Shown here: in pieces, positions 50,921 to 64,000 of the stretch
How the letters are laid out: every line of letters begins with the position of its first letter
Numbering within the stretch: position 1 is the stretch's first letter
Source of the DNA: Octopus vulgaris
Lineage: Eukaryota
Reading direction: 5' to 3'
Length of the DNA stretch: 64,000 nucleotides
Assembly (NCBI GenBank): GCA_951406725.2
Contig: OX597824.1
Coordinates: 67,022,001 to 67,086,000 of the forward strand
Program-made: the position numbers and the translations under genes
The notes under the pieces: model-generated
Told to the model about the DNA's origin: nothing
The model's input: the letters and a program-made list of their open reading frames with translations, nothing else
Databases searched by the model: none

Positions 50921-53229
50921 TATATATATATACAAACACATCACATTCACACATACACACATGTATATATATATGTGTGGGGGCGGGGTAGTGGGTGCAC
51001 ATGCAAGGTATTTACTGAATAATTGTTAGAAATGGAAAAATTCTACGGCCCAAACGTCAAAAGGATGTAATGTAAACCAAGCTACAAGATGGAATTCTAG
51101 TAATAGAGAGAAAGAAAAATAGTGCTAGGCAGTAAGAACGATGGATAGTAATAATAATGATAATAATAATAATGATAATAATAATAATGTTGCATCTTTA
51201 GAAATTATAGTTAGAGGAAGGCAACGTGAAGAGGAAAATGTTGGCTCAACATCAACCAGAAAATAGCCGCAATAGATCTTGTAAACTAAGTAAGATCAAA
51301 TATGTGTGTGTGTGTGTGTGTGCGTGCGCACATGTATTTCTATATGTGGGTGTGTGCATGTATTTTATATCATCTATATATTATATGTATATCTATAGCT
51401 ATTGATATGTGTGTGCATCATGTGCACGTGTATATATGTATACATGTATGTGACTATGTATGTATGTATGTATGTATGTATGTATGTATGTGTGTGTGCT
51501 TGTGTATGTATAGTGAAAGGTCAATGTTTGGTGTTTATATAATGTAAACATTTTACTTTTTATAAGACTAAGCAAGAACAGAAAGACCTGTAGCCTCTAA
51601 AACTGATTAAATGGGAGAATTATACATAACAGTAGTAAAAAAGATTACATAATTTTAGACATACACACATATGCCTCCACTACATTCATACACATGCATA
51701 TGAGCACACAAACAGCCACATGTCCACACACACTTTCATCAACAGAATAATAGCAAATCTATGTATGTACATATATGACTCTCTCTCTCTCTTTATATAT
51801 ATATATAAATAAAGATAAGGGACGAAACAACACACTGTATTCAGTTGACATTTTGACATACATACATATATATGTGTGTGTGTGTCTATATCTATCTTTC
51901 TATCTATCAATCTATCTATGTGTGTGTGCGTGTGTGTGCATGTGTATCTGTGTCACTAGAAGTTAAAATTAGTGTTGATCTACATCCCCAAGAGTCAAGA
52001 TAGATAAAACAAACTGCATGATATATTAGAATACCATGAGAAGAGAAAATATCTAACATTTATTGGAGCCTAACAGTAAATTTAGAGTTAGAGACGGTGG
52101 CAGTAATATGTGGTATGTGAGAAGTGAAAGACATTTTCATAGATCTATAACATGTACACACTTAATTTATAAAAAAAATGTAAATGTTTCTAACAACCTG
52201 ACTCACGTTACTCATGAGAACTGGTGTTTAGCTCTGCTTTGATAGCATTCAAGATTGGTGAGATAAATTCTTCCCATGGGTAGGGTGGATGCCAGTTACT
52301 CTCAGGTAATATGTTTTTTCACATTTAATATAGCAGTGTAGGTCTGAAAGTGAAAGTAACCAAAGAGCAGTTCATTCAATTCTATATTGTGTCAGTGCAT
52401 TTAGATGATGGCAACATCCTTTAGCATCTGATGTCCTACTCAGATGTAAAGTTATCTCTAATCTGATTAATGTCCTTGAAACCATGACACCAGAGTTAAT
52501 TATTGCTACTATTATGATCCAAAAAAATAACAGTGTACATGCAGGAGATATCAAAAACCTATGAAGTTGCAGTCCAAGAATGTTTATCATCTTCAGTATA
52601 GCTGAAAACACCTGTACTCTTGTTTAAGGTGTATACGCTTTATAGAATTCTGTCTGTGATTTGACATACCAACAATGCAATATGTTCATGGCATTTAGAT
52701 ATTACTGGTTCAGTCCATTTATTTGCAAATAAGTGCTACTGGAGCTGGAATGTATATTTTGCTGTAAACAGTAGAGATACCAGACAACTTAGTTAACCCT
52801 TTAGTATTCAGATTACTCTATCAAATGTAATATTTATTTATTTATTCCCATTGTTTCAAGTTAATCAGTGATGTGATTGTTTAATTTTTGAATGACGTAG
52901 GTTTTATTTTTAGAATGACATTGTAGGCTAGGTGTTAAGGCCCAGATCTAGTCAGTTTGAATACAAAACAGGTAGAATATTTGAGACTGATATGGCCAGT
53001 TTAAATGCTAAATGGTTAACATTTTGGACATCCGGTGTTATTAGACATGGTGTAAAAAGAAACACAATTTTAGCAATATTAGCCCTTCTGTTAGACTACA
53101 ATATGTATAATGAGTTGGGGAGTAGGCACAATATAATTGGTGAGTTTTACAGTAGCCTGGTTTTGTTGTTCCAAACCCTTGATAGGACTAAACCTAAGTG
53201 GGTTGAGAGATACAAGGACAATTAATTAA

Positions 53230-53910
53230 AAGGTGTGGTGTAAGCTGTCTAACTTCCATAAAAAGCTATAGGTTGTTTATAATGGTGATATCATTGGTAA
53301 GAACAATGTGCACAGAAGGGTGAAGAAGTTTTAAAAAAACCCCGGAAAACCAGCACTGAAGGTAAAATGTACAATGGGAGACCATCAACTGTGACCACCA
53401 ACACAAAATTGCCAATGAGCAGATGAAATGATCTGCTGCACAACTGAACTGTGGTCTCAATTCATTATGGAACATAGATGAACCATGAACAACAAGCAGC
53501 ACACAGAGACACTTACAAAAGTTTAGAGAACCCATAAGAAGGAAGAGACCAAACAAGAATCTTAAAACAATTAACATTACATGACAATGTAAGAACATGC
53601 ACGTTTTTGGCCATAAATCAAACAAGTGATAAGCTGGGCTAGTCTGTAGTCCCTCATTCATCATACAATCCAAATCTGGTGCCCTTCAACTTCCACCTGT
53701 TCAGTCCAATGAAGGACATTCTTTGGGGATAATTTAATCACATAGATGAAGTAAAACTGGCTGTAAAGAGGTAGATGTAACAGTGAATAATTTCAAAGAC
53801 ATAAATATTGAATTCAATGATGGTGCAGATGTATTGTTTGTGATAAATACAATGTTGAAAAAAATATTTGTATACAAAATGAGTTGCTCTACCAATATGT
53901 GCAATTTCAA
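53230..53910 (+). pseudogene. Decayed mariner transposase (catalytic domain)
   Basis: ETINCDH, LHDNVRTC (HDNARPH-like) and PHSSYNPNLVPFNFHLFSPMKDIL (PHPPYSPDLAPSDFHLF-like) at ~53652-53723. Confidence 0.75.
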
Positions 53911-54126
53911 TGACCAATGTCATTTAATAGAAAATGCCCATTTTTGCATTACTTTCAGCAGAATCCTCACTTGTTGTGACAGTGGAACAAATAGACAGAA
54001 TATTCAAGTTTGGAAATTTCAAGTGTTTTGTGGGAATCTACAAATCTTATAATCTGGTTCAGCAAATCTAGATATTAGACAAGAAAACTTTTATTGAGTC
54101 GCTTAACTTGTTTAACATAGTACCTA

Positions 54127-54357
54127 TTCCTTTACTACCCACAAGGGGCTAAACATAGAGTGGACAAACAAGGACAGACAAAGGGATTAAGTCGATTACA
54201 ACGACCCCAGTGCATTACTGGTACTTAATTTATTGACCCCGAAAGGATGAAAGACAAAGTCGACCTCGGCAGAATTTGAACTCACAATGTAATGGCAGGC
54301 GAAATACTGCTAAGCATTTCGCCCAGTGTGCTAACATTTCTGCCAGCTCACCGCCTA
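54127..54357 (-). mobile_element. Young SINE family B with 15-bp TSD
   Basis: TSD ttaacatagtaccta at 54112-54126 and 54361-54375. Confidence 0.9.
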
Positions 54358-55184
54358 TGCTTAACATAGTACCTACATATCCATCAAATCACACTATCTT
54401 CTTAAAAGACATCAACAGCAATATTGAGTAATGTGGTCTTGGATCCATTATATTAAAAGGAAAAAAAGACAGGTTGGAATGCTCATTCAAAGATAGTTTG
54501 ATTAACAATGTACATACCACAAAACATCCCGATCAGAGCTGCTGACATGGCAGTAAACAATAACAACAGCAAACATTTTAGTTGCTGTTCAGAAGGACAT
54601 GCGCTGGAAATGGTGACCTGGCATACATTCAGGTACCTAAATTGGTAAACAGCAACAGTATCAACAGCAGCAACAGCCATTCAAGAATTTGGCGAGTGCC
54701 ACCTCCCAGTGGTGTTGGGCATCAATAAAGAGCCCTCAACTACAACAAGACGACCAAAGTTCTTTTTTCCCAAGGTCTAGGGTCTCCCGCCCCTAAGCCC
54801 TGGACCATCACCTAATCACCCTTACCCGTCTTGTTGCTTAACAACAACAACAGCAGCAGCAACAATGACATGACCAGTAGTAGCAATGATGGAAACAACA
54901 TCATCAACAACAAACACCAGCAATGATAGCAGTGATGATAACAGCGACAACAACAGCAACTACAACATCACTAGCAGTAACAACAATAATAACAGCAAAA
55001 CAACATGAACTCTTTGGTATCCAAACTGGCCATCTCTGGTCGAAATATTCTACTGGTTTTATGTCCAAACTGACCATATCAGGCCTCTCATGCCTACTCT
55101 ACAATGTCATTCTAAAAATAAACAATCACATCATTTAAATATCAAAGCTACAAGATAATGTATGATTAATTCAAAACAATATGA

Positions 55185-55585
55185 TGACCATGGGATGAAG
55201 TACTGAAAGACAACCTCAGGATGCTGAACCTTTCAGATAAGATGACAAAGGATCAAGATGCCTGGTGCCTTGCTATACTCAAGAAGACCTGTACTCCACA
55301 GTAGAAGTGTTAAGGCTGCTCTCCCTAGAGAAGAGGATTGACCTGCAAGAATCCTGTGCTGGTACCACATAAAAAGCACTCGTGTCCGTGCCACATAAGA
55401 GCACTTGTATGATGCCACCCAGTACACCCTGTAAAGTGGTTGGCACTTGGAAGGGCATCCAGCTGTAGAAACCATGCTAAATCAGACAGAAGCCTGGTGT
55501 AGCTCTTCGGCTTGCCAGCTCTAGTCAAACTGTTTAACTCAGGTCAGCATGGATAATAGACATTAAATGATGATGATGATGATGA
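55185..55585 (+). mobile_element. RTE 3' end nested in MITE family E
   Basis: TWDEVLKDNLRMLNL.. plus 3' UTR and GAT tail; the MITE resumes at ~55590 and ends atgctaaagggttaa at 55640. Confidence 0.7.
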
Positions 55586-56745
55586 ATATTAATAAATAAG
55601 GATTATGTTTGACAGTATAATCTGAATGCTAAAGGGTTAAGAACACCATTATCATCATCTTTTTCTCTGGCAACTTACTGGTTATGATACAAGTTTGACT
55701 TTAGTAATTTCCAAAATCAATTTGTCTTAACTTGAGCAATACAGTTGTATTTTTTTTTCCAGCTTCTTTTTTTACTACAAACCATAACCCCAAACTACAA
55801 CTTATCTTCTACTAACTTCAAACATCCTCTTGCTTTCATATAAAAGTATTTCAGTCTTCCCTTGCAGACAATTCCACCCCAACACAAAGACATAGACACA
55901 TTTCTCCGCTCTGCTGATATCAGTTCTATTTCTTCATCTCTCCTCTAGCACACTAACACCTCACCTTCTCCCTACCATCTCCCTCTCCGTCTCTCTCTCT
56001 AGTTTCCTTCTCTCTCGTCCTTGCTCTCTCATTCTCTTTGCCCAGACCTTCACTTCCCTCCTTCCCTGATCTCTCTTCTGTTTCTCCCTTACTGCCTTTC
56101 ATTCTTTCTTCTTCTTCTTCTTCTTCTTCTTCTTCTTCTTCTCTCTCTCTTCCCCTCTCTTTTTCATTCTGGCTCACTCATTCTCTTTGATCAGCTCACC
56201 CCACCTAGTTTTCTTCTTTACTTTTGTCCACCATTCTGCACATACATACACTCACTTTCTCTCTACTCTGCTTATCTCTCACTTTTGCTCTCTCATTCAT
56301 TCTTTCTGTCCGTATCTCTGTCTATCTGTCAGCCTGCACCTCTTTCATTCTCTCTCTCTTTCTCTCTCTCCCTCTCTTCCATTCCATCTTCTCTCATTCT
56401 CTTTCTTCACACAGACACAACATCAGGGTAGAGAAGGCACCCGCCCATGACTCAATGCTACTATTCAATAAGCAGTATCAGATATTAAATGGTAGTTTTA
56501 CATTGGGAACTACTATTCAATTACAGCCGGTGTCCAGCACCTTCCCACCCTGACACCCTCAGTTGAATAAACTAACTTTATCACCACCATTCAGATTTAC
56601 AAAAGGGAAGAAACGGCCTTTACAATGAAATTACAATTATTGCCGCAATCTGCATTGTTCTACCATTGCAGTTTCAGAAGCGATCGGTAGCATTTAGTGG
56701 CAGTAACGTCATGGAAAAGCATGTGAGAGGGTGCATATATATTTC

Positions 56746-56830
<85 letters not shown>

Positions 56831-56999
56831 TGAGAGAGAGAGTGAGAGATAGCCAGACAGACAGACAGGCAGACAAACAGATACATACCAACATATATAA
56901 AAACATATATTTAACTGCATGTACAGGTGGGTGTGTATGCTTGCATATATATACTCCTACATATATATTTTTGTAGAAATAGATGCATGGTTATGTGAG

Positions 57000-57029
<30 letters not shown>

Positions 57030-57034
<5 letters not shown>

Positions 57035-57254
57035 TTATTTTTATCTTTTACTTGTTTCAGTCATTAGATTGCGGCCATGCTAGAGCACCACTCTAGAGAA
57101 TTTTTAGTTGAATGAACCAACACTAGTATTTGTTTTAAAGCCTGGTACCAATTTTATCAATCTCTTTTGCCAAACTGATAAGTTACATGGACGTAAGTGC
57201 ACCAACACCAGTTGTCAAGTGGTGGTGGGGGACTAACACACACACACACATTTA

Positions 57255-57308
<54 letters not shown>

Positions 57309-57455
57309 TGACAGGCTTCTTTCAGTTCTCATCTACCAAATCCACTCGCAAGGCTTTGGTCAGCCCGAGGCTATAGTAGAAGACACTTGCCCAAGGTGCC
57401 ATGCAGTGGGACTGAACCTGGAACCATGTGGTTGGAAAGTAAGTTTTTTACCATA
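57030..57455 (-). mobile_element. SINE family A
   Basis: cttttacttgtttcagtcatt tail, internal (TA)n, head ggtgccatgcagtgggactgaacctggaaccatgtggttgg. Confidence 0.85.
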
Positions 57456-57519
57456 CATCCACAACTGATATATATAATCATAAACACATATACATCTCTC
57501 TCTCTCTCTCTCTCTGTTG

Positions 57520-57555
<36 letters not shown>

Positions 57556-58099
57556 TATTTATCTGTGTATGTATGTACATGCTTTCTCTCTCTCTCTCTC
57601 TCTCTGCATACACAGAGACACACAAGCACACTTACACACAAACACATATTGTGAGCATATAACACAAGCATAGATGTACAAACACACACATGGAAAAGAT
57701 ATTAATCAGTGCTGATTATATGCAAGAGTCAGGACATAGAGAATTATATATCAACCAAAACTACTGATCACCACCACATAATCAAAATTTTTTCCTTCCA
57801 GTTTTTCTTGCTAACATTATTTTATGAAGTAGCTTCACTCTGCAATATTTCAGTCACTGTTCCCTTTTCAACTTTATGTCTTTCTATTCAGGCTTAACTA
57901 TTTGAATGTTTTTGCCCTTAATTTTATAACAATGTTGCTCCAACAAGGGATCTTGAGTCAAGACGGGAGCCTTCGGTGTGGTCATTCAGTTTACTGAAAA
58001 TAGCAACTTCATGTTTTTAATTTTCCAATTTCTAGAAGAAGGGGTTCAGTTAGGAAGGGTTCAGTGTGAAGGGGATCAGTGAGAAGGTGTTGTGCTTAT

Positions 58100-58400
58100 G
58101 ACCTTTGCAGGACCCTCCCAAATTGATAAAAGTCATATGGTTGATTTTCTAGAAGGGAATTCCAAGTGGTCGAAATTTTAGGGTAGAAGGATTGAGAAAA
58201 TGATTGCTTAGTACGGGGCCTAGAAAGAAACACACAAAATAGATGATGGTGATGGGAGGAAGAGAGGTGGGTTTGATGGAAGGTCTTGGATGGAAATAGT
58301 ATGCAACTGGTTAAGTCTGAGGGGTGGAGGCTACTGAAATAATGATAGATGATCAGAGTCAGTAAATGATGCATCTATGGGCTAGAGGTTGAATGCACTG
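58100..58400 (-). pseudogene. LINE ORF C-terminal fragment
   Basis: SFSQSFYPKISTTWNSL resembles the F.PRT...WNSLP end motif of CR1/L2-group LINEs. Confidence 0.55.
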
Positions 58401-59629
58401 GATAATATATTCTTAGATATTCAATGCCTGAAAGTAAGGTGGGATGGTCATGGTTGGAATGCTTTGGATCATTGAGCACTTACACTCTCTATGATTGTGG
58501 TAGCCATGTATCTCCTGAACAGCAAGACACCTGTTTCTGATCTTTCATAGCTAAACCATTCATCACCTGACATAAAGCCACCTCCCTCAACACTACTCCC
58601 CCTCTCAGTTGAGGGTGTTTTTGTCTTGCAAATTACTTGGTGACCTTACTAGTGTTGATGCCATGTAAAATACACCAAATAAACTTTGTAAAGTGATTGG
58701 CATTAGGAAGGATATCCAACCACAGAAACCATGACAAAGTTGACAGTAGAGCTTGATGCTATCCCCTGGCTTGTCAGTTCCTACCAAATTGTCCAACCCA
58801 TGCCAGCATGGAAAACAGACTGATGATGATGACTACACTGTGTCTATGTATAATACTTTTTTCTATAAATGCTCCAGTCTGTCTAACTGTAAATAGACTC
58901 CGTCACGCATAGCTAGCAACTGAAAGGAGATGCACTAAATAATTAATGAGTATTTCATTGCCTTGCGGTACTGACTCCAAATCCTGAAAATGGAACAGCC
59001 TGGAGAAACTCTGTCTTTTCCAAGAAAACGGAAATGTTCAATAAATATGAAGGAATTAGATGTTTAGTTACATTTACACAAGATAAATACATATTGATTA
59101 ATTAGTTTGTACAATGGTCACAATTACACCCACGAACTGTCACAATGGAACAGATCAATGATGCAGCCATCTATCCACATTAATAGTTAATTATTCATTC
59201 TCAAACTAGTTTCGGTCATTGGATTATGGCCATGCTAAAGTTTATTAAGTGCAAAATGTTTTCAAGGAGGAATAAATTATTTTTCTTGTGGCAAAATAAT
59301 TTATTCTACTTTGCAAATGTTCAGCACTTAGAATTTTGCTGACTTAGCCTCACTAATTTCCCTGAAATTAGATCCTTACTAATTTCACTCTATGACTTAA
59401 GGGTACATTGTTTTTGCTTTTTTTTATAGTTATTTCTGTTTATATACATCAGTTATATATATAAATTTAAAATTTAATTCCACTTTTATACACAAACATG
59501 TTGTTTGTTCCTTCTCGAGCTAAGCCTGGCTCATAAGGGCCAGTTTCTCGGTTTCATTGGCATACAGATACCCTACCTGGACAGGACGCTGGTCCATTGC
59601 AATACATAAATATACTTATATAGTATTAC

Positions 59630-60130
59630 ACCTTCAATCTTTCTGTCTATCCTCAATGATCACCAATATGACTTCCACAAAGCTGGATTCATTTGAGACC
59701 TATTCTCTTATGACATCACCAGCAGGCTCTCATCTTTGAAAATTTTGGTAAAAGCAATCTTGTTGCTCAAGAGATCAGCAAAGTCTTTGATTGTATCTGG
59801 TATGCAAATTCCTTTTGAAACTCCTCCCTACAGACTATCTCTCATTTCTTTGATCAGTAGCTTCCAATCAGATCACACCATCACAGCATGTGTTACCAGA
59901 ACTCTTTCTAACCTACTCTCAGTCAACAATAGTGTGTTACAGCATTTCTTCATTCTATACATGAAAGGACCTACTTGCTACCACATTCAACACTATCCAC
60001 TTTTTCTCCAGATGATGTGACCATTCATTCTTCCTTAACCTTCCCCAACAATGCATCATTCACATGCAATTTTGACATTGTACAATAAACCAGCATTAAT
60101 TCCAAGAATACAAACCTTGAGAGCATCTAG
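59630..60130 (+). pseudogene. Decayed LINE RT fragment, same family as 5830-6700
   Basis: LNDHQYDFHKA and VAQEISKVFDCIWY; nucleotide match ctttgatcagtagctt.caatcagat to ~5905. Confidence 0.6.
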
Positions 60131-60399
60131 CAGTGAGGCCATGCCAATCTTATCTCATAAAATACAAGCAGTATTTAGTTACAGCCCTCACTGTTGTTCT
60201 AAATGTAAGGCCTCTTTATCAGCAAGGATCTTCCCTGGCAAAAGTACATCCTTAACATAACTAGGATCACATCTCAAAGGCTGGGGCTTCTCTTCAAGGT
60301 CAGAAAATATTTCAGCAACCGAACTGCTGACAATCTGTAAAGTTCAGAGCCCACAATGAAGTATTGCTCTTACATCTGGAACAGAGCTGACACCCACCT

Positions 60400-61770
60400 C
60401 TCTCGGATGGATAAAAGGTTAAGTCGATGACCACAGAATTTGTACTCATAATGTAAAGATTCATAATTAAACACTGCAAGATATTTTCTCCAATATTCTA
60501 ATGATTCTGCCAATTTACCACCCCAATAATAATTGTTTCTAATTTAGGCACAAAGCCAGCAATTTTGAGCCCAGTATTTGACTGGTTTTTTATTCTATTG
60601 ACCCTGCAAAGATAAAAGGTGAAGTCGACCATGGCAAAGTCTGAGCTCAAAGCCTAAAGAGCCACATCAACTATTACAAAGAATTTTCTGCTATACTCTT
60701 GTGGTTCTGTCATTCCATTATATGAATTATTTTTAGCATAAGCACAAGGACTGGAATTTGCAGGGAATTGGAGTTACCCAATTAAATCTACCCCACTCCA
60801 GTACTTGATTAACACTGTATTAACCCAGCAAGGAGGCAAAACAAAGTTAATCGTGGTAGAATTTGAACTTAGAATATAAAGACCCAGAACAAGTATTGCA
60901 AAGCATTTTGTCTGATGTTCTAATGATTCCGCCAACTGCCCCTTCATTAATAAGAATTGTTGCAAATTTTGGCACAAAGCCAGCAATTTTAGGAGAAAGG
61001 TTTAGTCACTTTACTTGATTGGTGCTTTATTTTATTGACCTCTAAAGGATGAATGACAAAGGTGACCTTAGTGGAATTTGAACTCAGAACGTAACGAGCT
61101 GGAAGAAATACTGCAAAGCATTTTTCTGACATTCTAACAATTCTACCAGCTCAATAGTAATAATAATAATTCTAATTTTAGCACCAGGCCAGCAATTTGA
61201 GCAATTTGACGGGAGGGGTAAATCAATTACATTGAACAGCTAATGCTCAACTGGTACTTACTTTATTGGCTCTGAAAGATTAAAACTCTGGAAGAAATGC
61301 TGCTAAGCATTTTCCTGATGCTCTAACAATTATGTCAACTCAATAATAATAACAATGTTTTCTACTATAGGCACAAGGCCTCAAATTTGTGGGAGGGGGT
61401 TAGTCAATTACATTGACCTCAGTGTTCAAATGCTACTTATTTTATTGACCCTGAAAGGATGAAAGGTAAAGTCAGCCTCAGCAGAATTTGAACTCGGAAT
61501 GTAATGACAGATGAAATACTACTAAGCATTTTGCCCACTGTGCTAACAATTCTGCCAGCTCGCTACCTTTGTTTTCAAATTTTGGCACAAGACCAGCAAT
61601 TTCGAGGGTTGGGGTTAGTCGATTACATAGACCCCAGTGCTTTACTGGTGGTTATTTTATCAATTTTGAAAGGATAAAAGACAAAGTTGGTTTTGGCAGC
61701 ATTTGAACTGAGGACGAAATTCTATGAAGCATTTTGTCTGGTTGGCTAATGATTCTATCAGCTCACTGTC
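60400..61770 (-). mobile_element. Head-to-tail array of about 7 SINE family-B copies
   Basis: Recurrent ggcacaa.gccagcaattt ... atttgaact ... ttctgccagctc units, several with AAT spacers. Confidence 0.8.
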
Positions 61771-61810
<40 letters not shown>

Positions 61811-61812
61811 TA

Positions 61813-62242
61813 ATGTGCGATCACTTGACCAGACATAGCAAACCGGACATTGTTGTGGTGAATAAAAATGAAATAACATGTATAATAATTGACATAGCAT
61901 GCCCCATTGACAACAAGATCAATGTGAAAGATGAAGAAAAAATAAACAACTATGATGATTTAAAGTGTGAAATACAAAGTTTGTGGTCAATGAAGAGAGT
62001 AGATGCAATGCCAATAGTAATTGGTGCACTTGGAAGTATCAACACTCAACTACCAACATGGCTGAAAAAGGGCAGTGAACGCGTGACGGTAGAACACCTA
62101 CAAAAATCAGCATTGCTTGGAACTGCTAGAATTCTCCACAGGGTTCTTGAAGCATAGCCAGTAAACAAGTGTCACCTTAGTCTGCTGGCTGTGAATAGGT
62201 GACATTTTCCATCATACCCAGCAAAATAAGCTGTGAGTTTTC

Positions 62243-62245
<3 letters not shown>
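61813..62245 (+). mobile_element. 5'-truncated R4/Dong-clade element (RLE domain plus 3' UTR)
   Basis: CDHLTRHSKPDIVVVNK...IIIDIACPID..K..NYDDLK...IVIGALG...LQKSALLGTARILHRVL; (AAT)n on both sides. Confidence 0.85.
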
Positions 62246-62296
<51 letters not shown>

Positions 62297-62297
<1 letters not shown>

Positions 62298-62852
62298 TGC
62301 CCTGATGCAGTACCAGGCAGTGGCTCTCATGGCTTCTGATCTTAACTGATTGGAAGTGTTATCATGTACATTGTTTTATCTTGGTATAAAAGATGGGCTA
62401 CAGCAAATATTCTGCTCAATACCACAGATTTGCTTGTCAGTTGTTTGACCTTAACCAGTTGAGCATGCCCCTTAGTGGCTGACGATATGTGCATCTCTGA
62501 TCATGAGCAGAAGTAGTGGGGGAGCATCATAGCCATGTGTTGAGAGGGATTCTTTGGGGTTTGAATAATTCACCCCTGGAAACATGAGTGTTTTGTTCAA
62601 CATCCTTAAACAACCCTTATTCAGGGACCTTTTGAGTGGGATGGACTACTCGACCAGAAGAAAATTCTACCTGGGCCCCACCTGCAAGGTCATGTGCTGT
62701 TTATCTTGATATGAGATCACTATGTCGCGCACATATGGTTGTGATGCATGTGCCTAGTGTACCCTTATCAGACGGGTAGTCATGATGGGTATACTGGGCT
62801 TCGTATATTTTACCCCAGCGTCATTTTGATGGCATGCACTGCTCTCTCACTC
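62297..62852. mobile_element. Unclassified 556-bp segment bounded by (AAT)n
   Basis: Sharp boundaries with (AAT)n on both sides; higher GC than the flanks; no long ORF. Confidence 0.5.
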
Positions 62853-63342
62853 AATAATAATAATAATAATAACAATAATAATAATAACAGCAACAACAAC
62901 AACAATGATAATAATAATAATAATAATAAATGACTAATGAATGTTTAATGAATGATAAAAAGGAAGTATTAGTATATCAGCTGACAGATTTATCTCATTC
63001 AAAAAACAAAAAGTCAGCTCGTGACAAGATGTATTTTATGAATATGTCTTTTGGCATATCTGTACTCAGAGTGTGACAGTAACTTAACAGAGATTCTTAA
63101 ATCTACAATATGACAGCAACAACAACAATGGAGTATTTTAATACTTTCTCAAAGGAAGAGCAACAGCACGCAGTTTAAATATTGGAGAGAGAGAGAAAGA
63201 GAGAAGCAAGCAGGTTGACATGCAGATAAACAGAGAGTAATAGAATGAATGTTCAAGAGAGAGAGAGAGGAAACTAGAGACTCCCAAAGAGAGTGTAAGG
63301 GAGTAATAAGTGTAAGAGACTGGGGAATACAGTATTTGTGTG

Positions 63343-63373
<31 letters not shown>

Positions 63374-63527
63374 AATAAAGAAAGAAAGGAAGAAAGAAAG
63401 AGAGAGAGAGAGAGAGAGTGTGTGTGTGTGTGTAAAATGTAGAGATAAAGATAGTGTGGCTAAAGAAATATAGGAATTACTGAAAGAGAATGTAAAGTAA
63501 GAATAGGTCTGAATGGGTGGGGAACAG

Positions 63528-63570
<43 letters not shown>

Positions 63571-63571
<1 letters not shown>

Positions 63572-63961
63572 TAGCAGTATCGCCCAGCGTTGCTCGGGTT
63601 TGTTTCGACCCGCTGGAATTGGAATTTTTGAAAAGTAAAAATTTTGCATTATGTAGCTTGTTATTCTCTTCAAGTGAACATTTTTCTGGTTGAAATACAC
63701 CGAAAAGTGGCGACACAGCAGTGAAAAAATCGTAAAAAATAGGGATTTTCAGAGAAAAAAACACCTTTTTGATATAAATAATTTTTGGTGTTAACATGGT
63801 CCGATTTGAATTTTATCTTCCATGGAAGGAAGAGCAACCCTTCTTCTATCATACTCTCAATATTGGTCAACTTGCGCTGCAGGGTCTCGGAGGAGATAGT
63901 GTTAGTTGAAGGCTACCAAACCTGCCGCACACAGACAACTTCAGCTTTATATAGAGAGAGA
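63571..63961 (-). mobile_element. Non-autonomous Helitron
   Basis: Minus strand: A|TC 5' end (TCTCTCTCTATATAAAGCTG), GC-rich subterminal hairpin cccgagcaacgctggg about 12 nt before the 3' CTAG|T; no TSD. Confidence 0.75.
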
Positions 63962-64000
63962 TAACACACATACATTAATACACATACATACACACACACA

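Noticed and set aside
2384-57689. Numerous ORFs rich in HT/YI/CV/RE/LS dipeptides (e.g. 16571-17080, 24910-25361, 45081-45791, 18780-19374)
   Set aside because: Translations of CA, TA, GA and TACA microsatellites; open in several frames; no splice or codon evidence.

Overview
Repeat-saturated, AT-rich animal genomic DNA. The SINE, RTE and microsatellite landscape is typical of an octopod cephalopod (inference, not a database result). The only well-supported gene content is two minus-strand coding exons (3301-2975 and 370-195). They splice in frame (G|TC = Val), carry a probable start codon in CAAAATG context at 3293, and encode an unrecognised basic, low-complexity protein segment; the gene continues off the left edge. 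The remaining ~60 kb is intron or intergenic. It contains several tRNA-derived SINE families (some with 13-17 bp TSDs), RTE and CR1/L2-type LINE remnants, two R4/Dong-type endonuclease fragments sitting in (TAA)n, two mariner remnants, TTAA-flanked MITEs, a non-autonomous Helitron, minisatellites and very many microsatellites. Almost all listed ORFs are microsatellite artefacts. The most notable items are a minimal hammerhead-ribozyme motif in a Penelope-like repeat, a 246-bp near-perfect inverted duplication fused to a young RTE 3' end, a fold-back mariner, several long palindromes, a stack of TAA-targeting elements in SINE arrays, and a shared (T)AGGT at three SINE target sites. No convincing novel multi-gene system was found. 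Most coordinates for repeats are approximate, read by eye.
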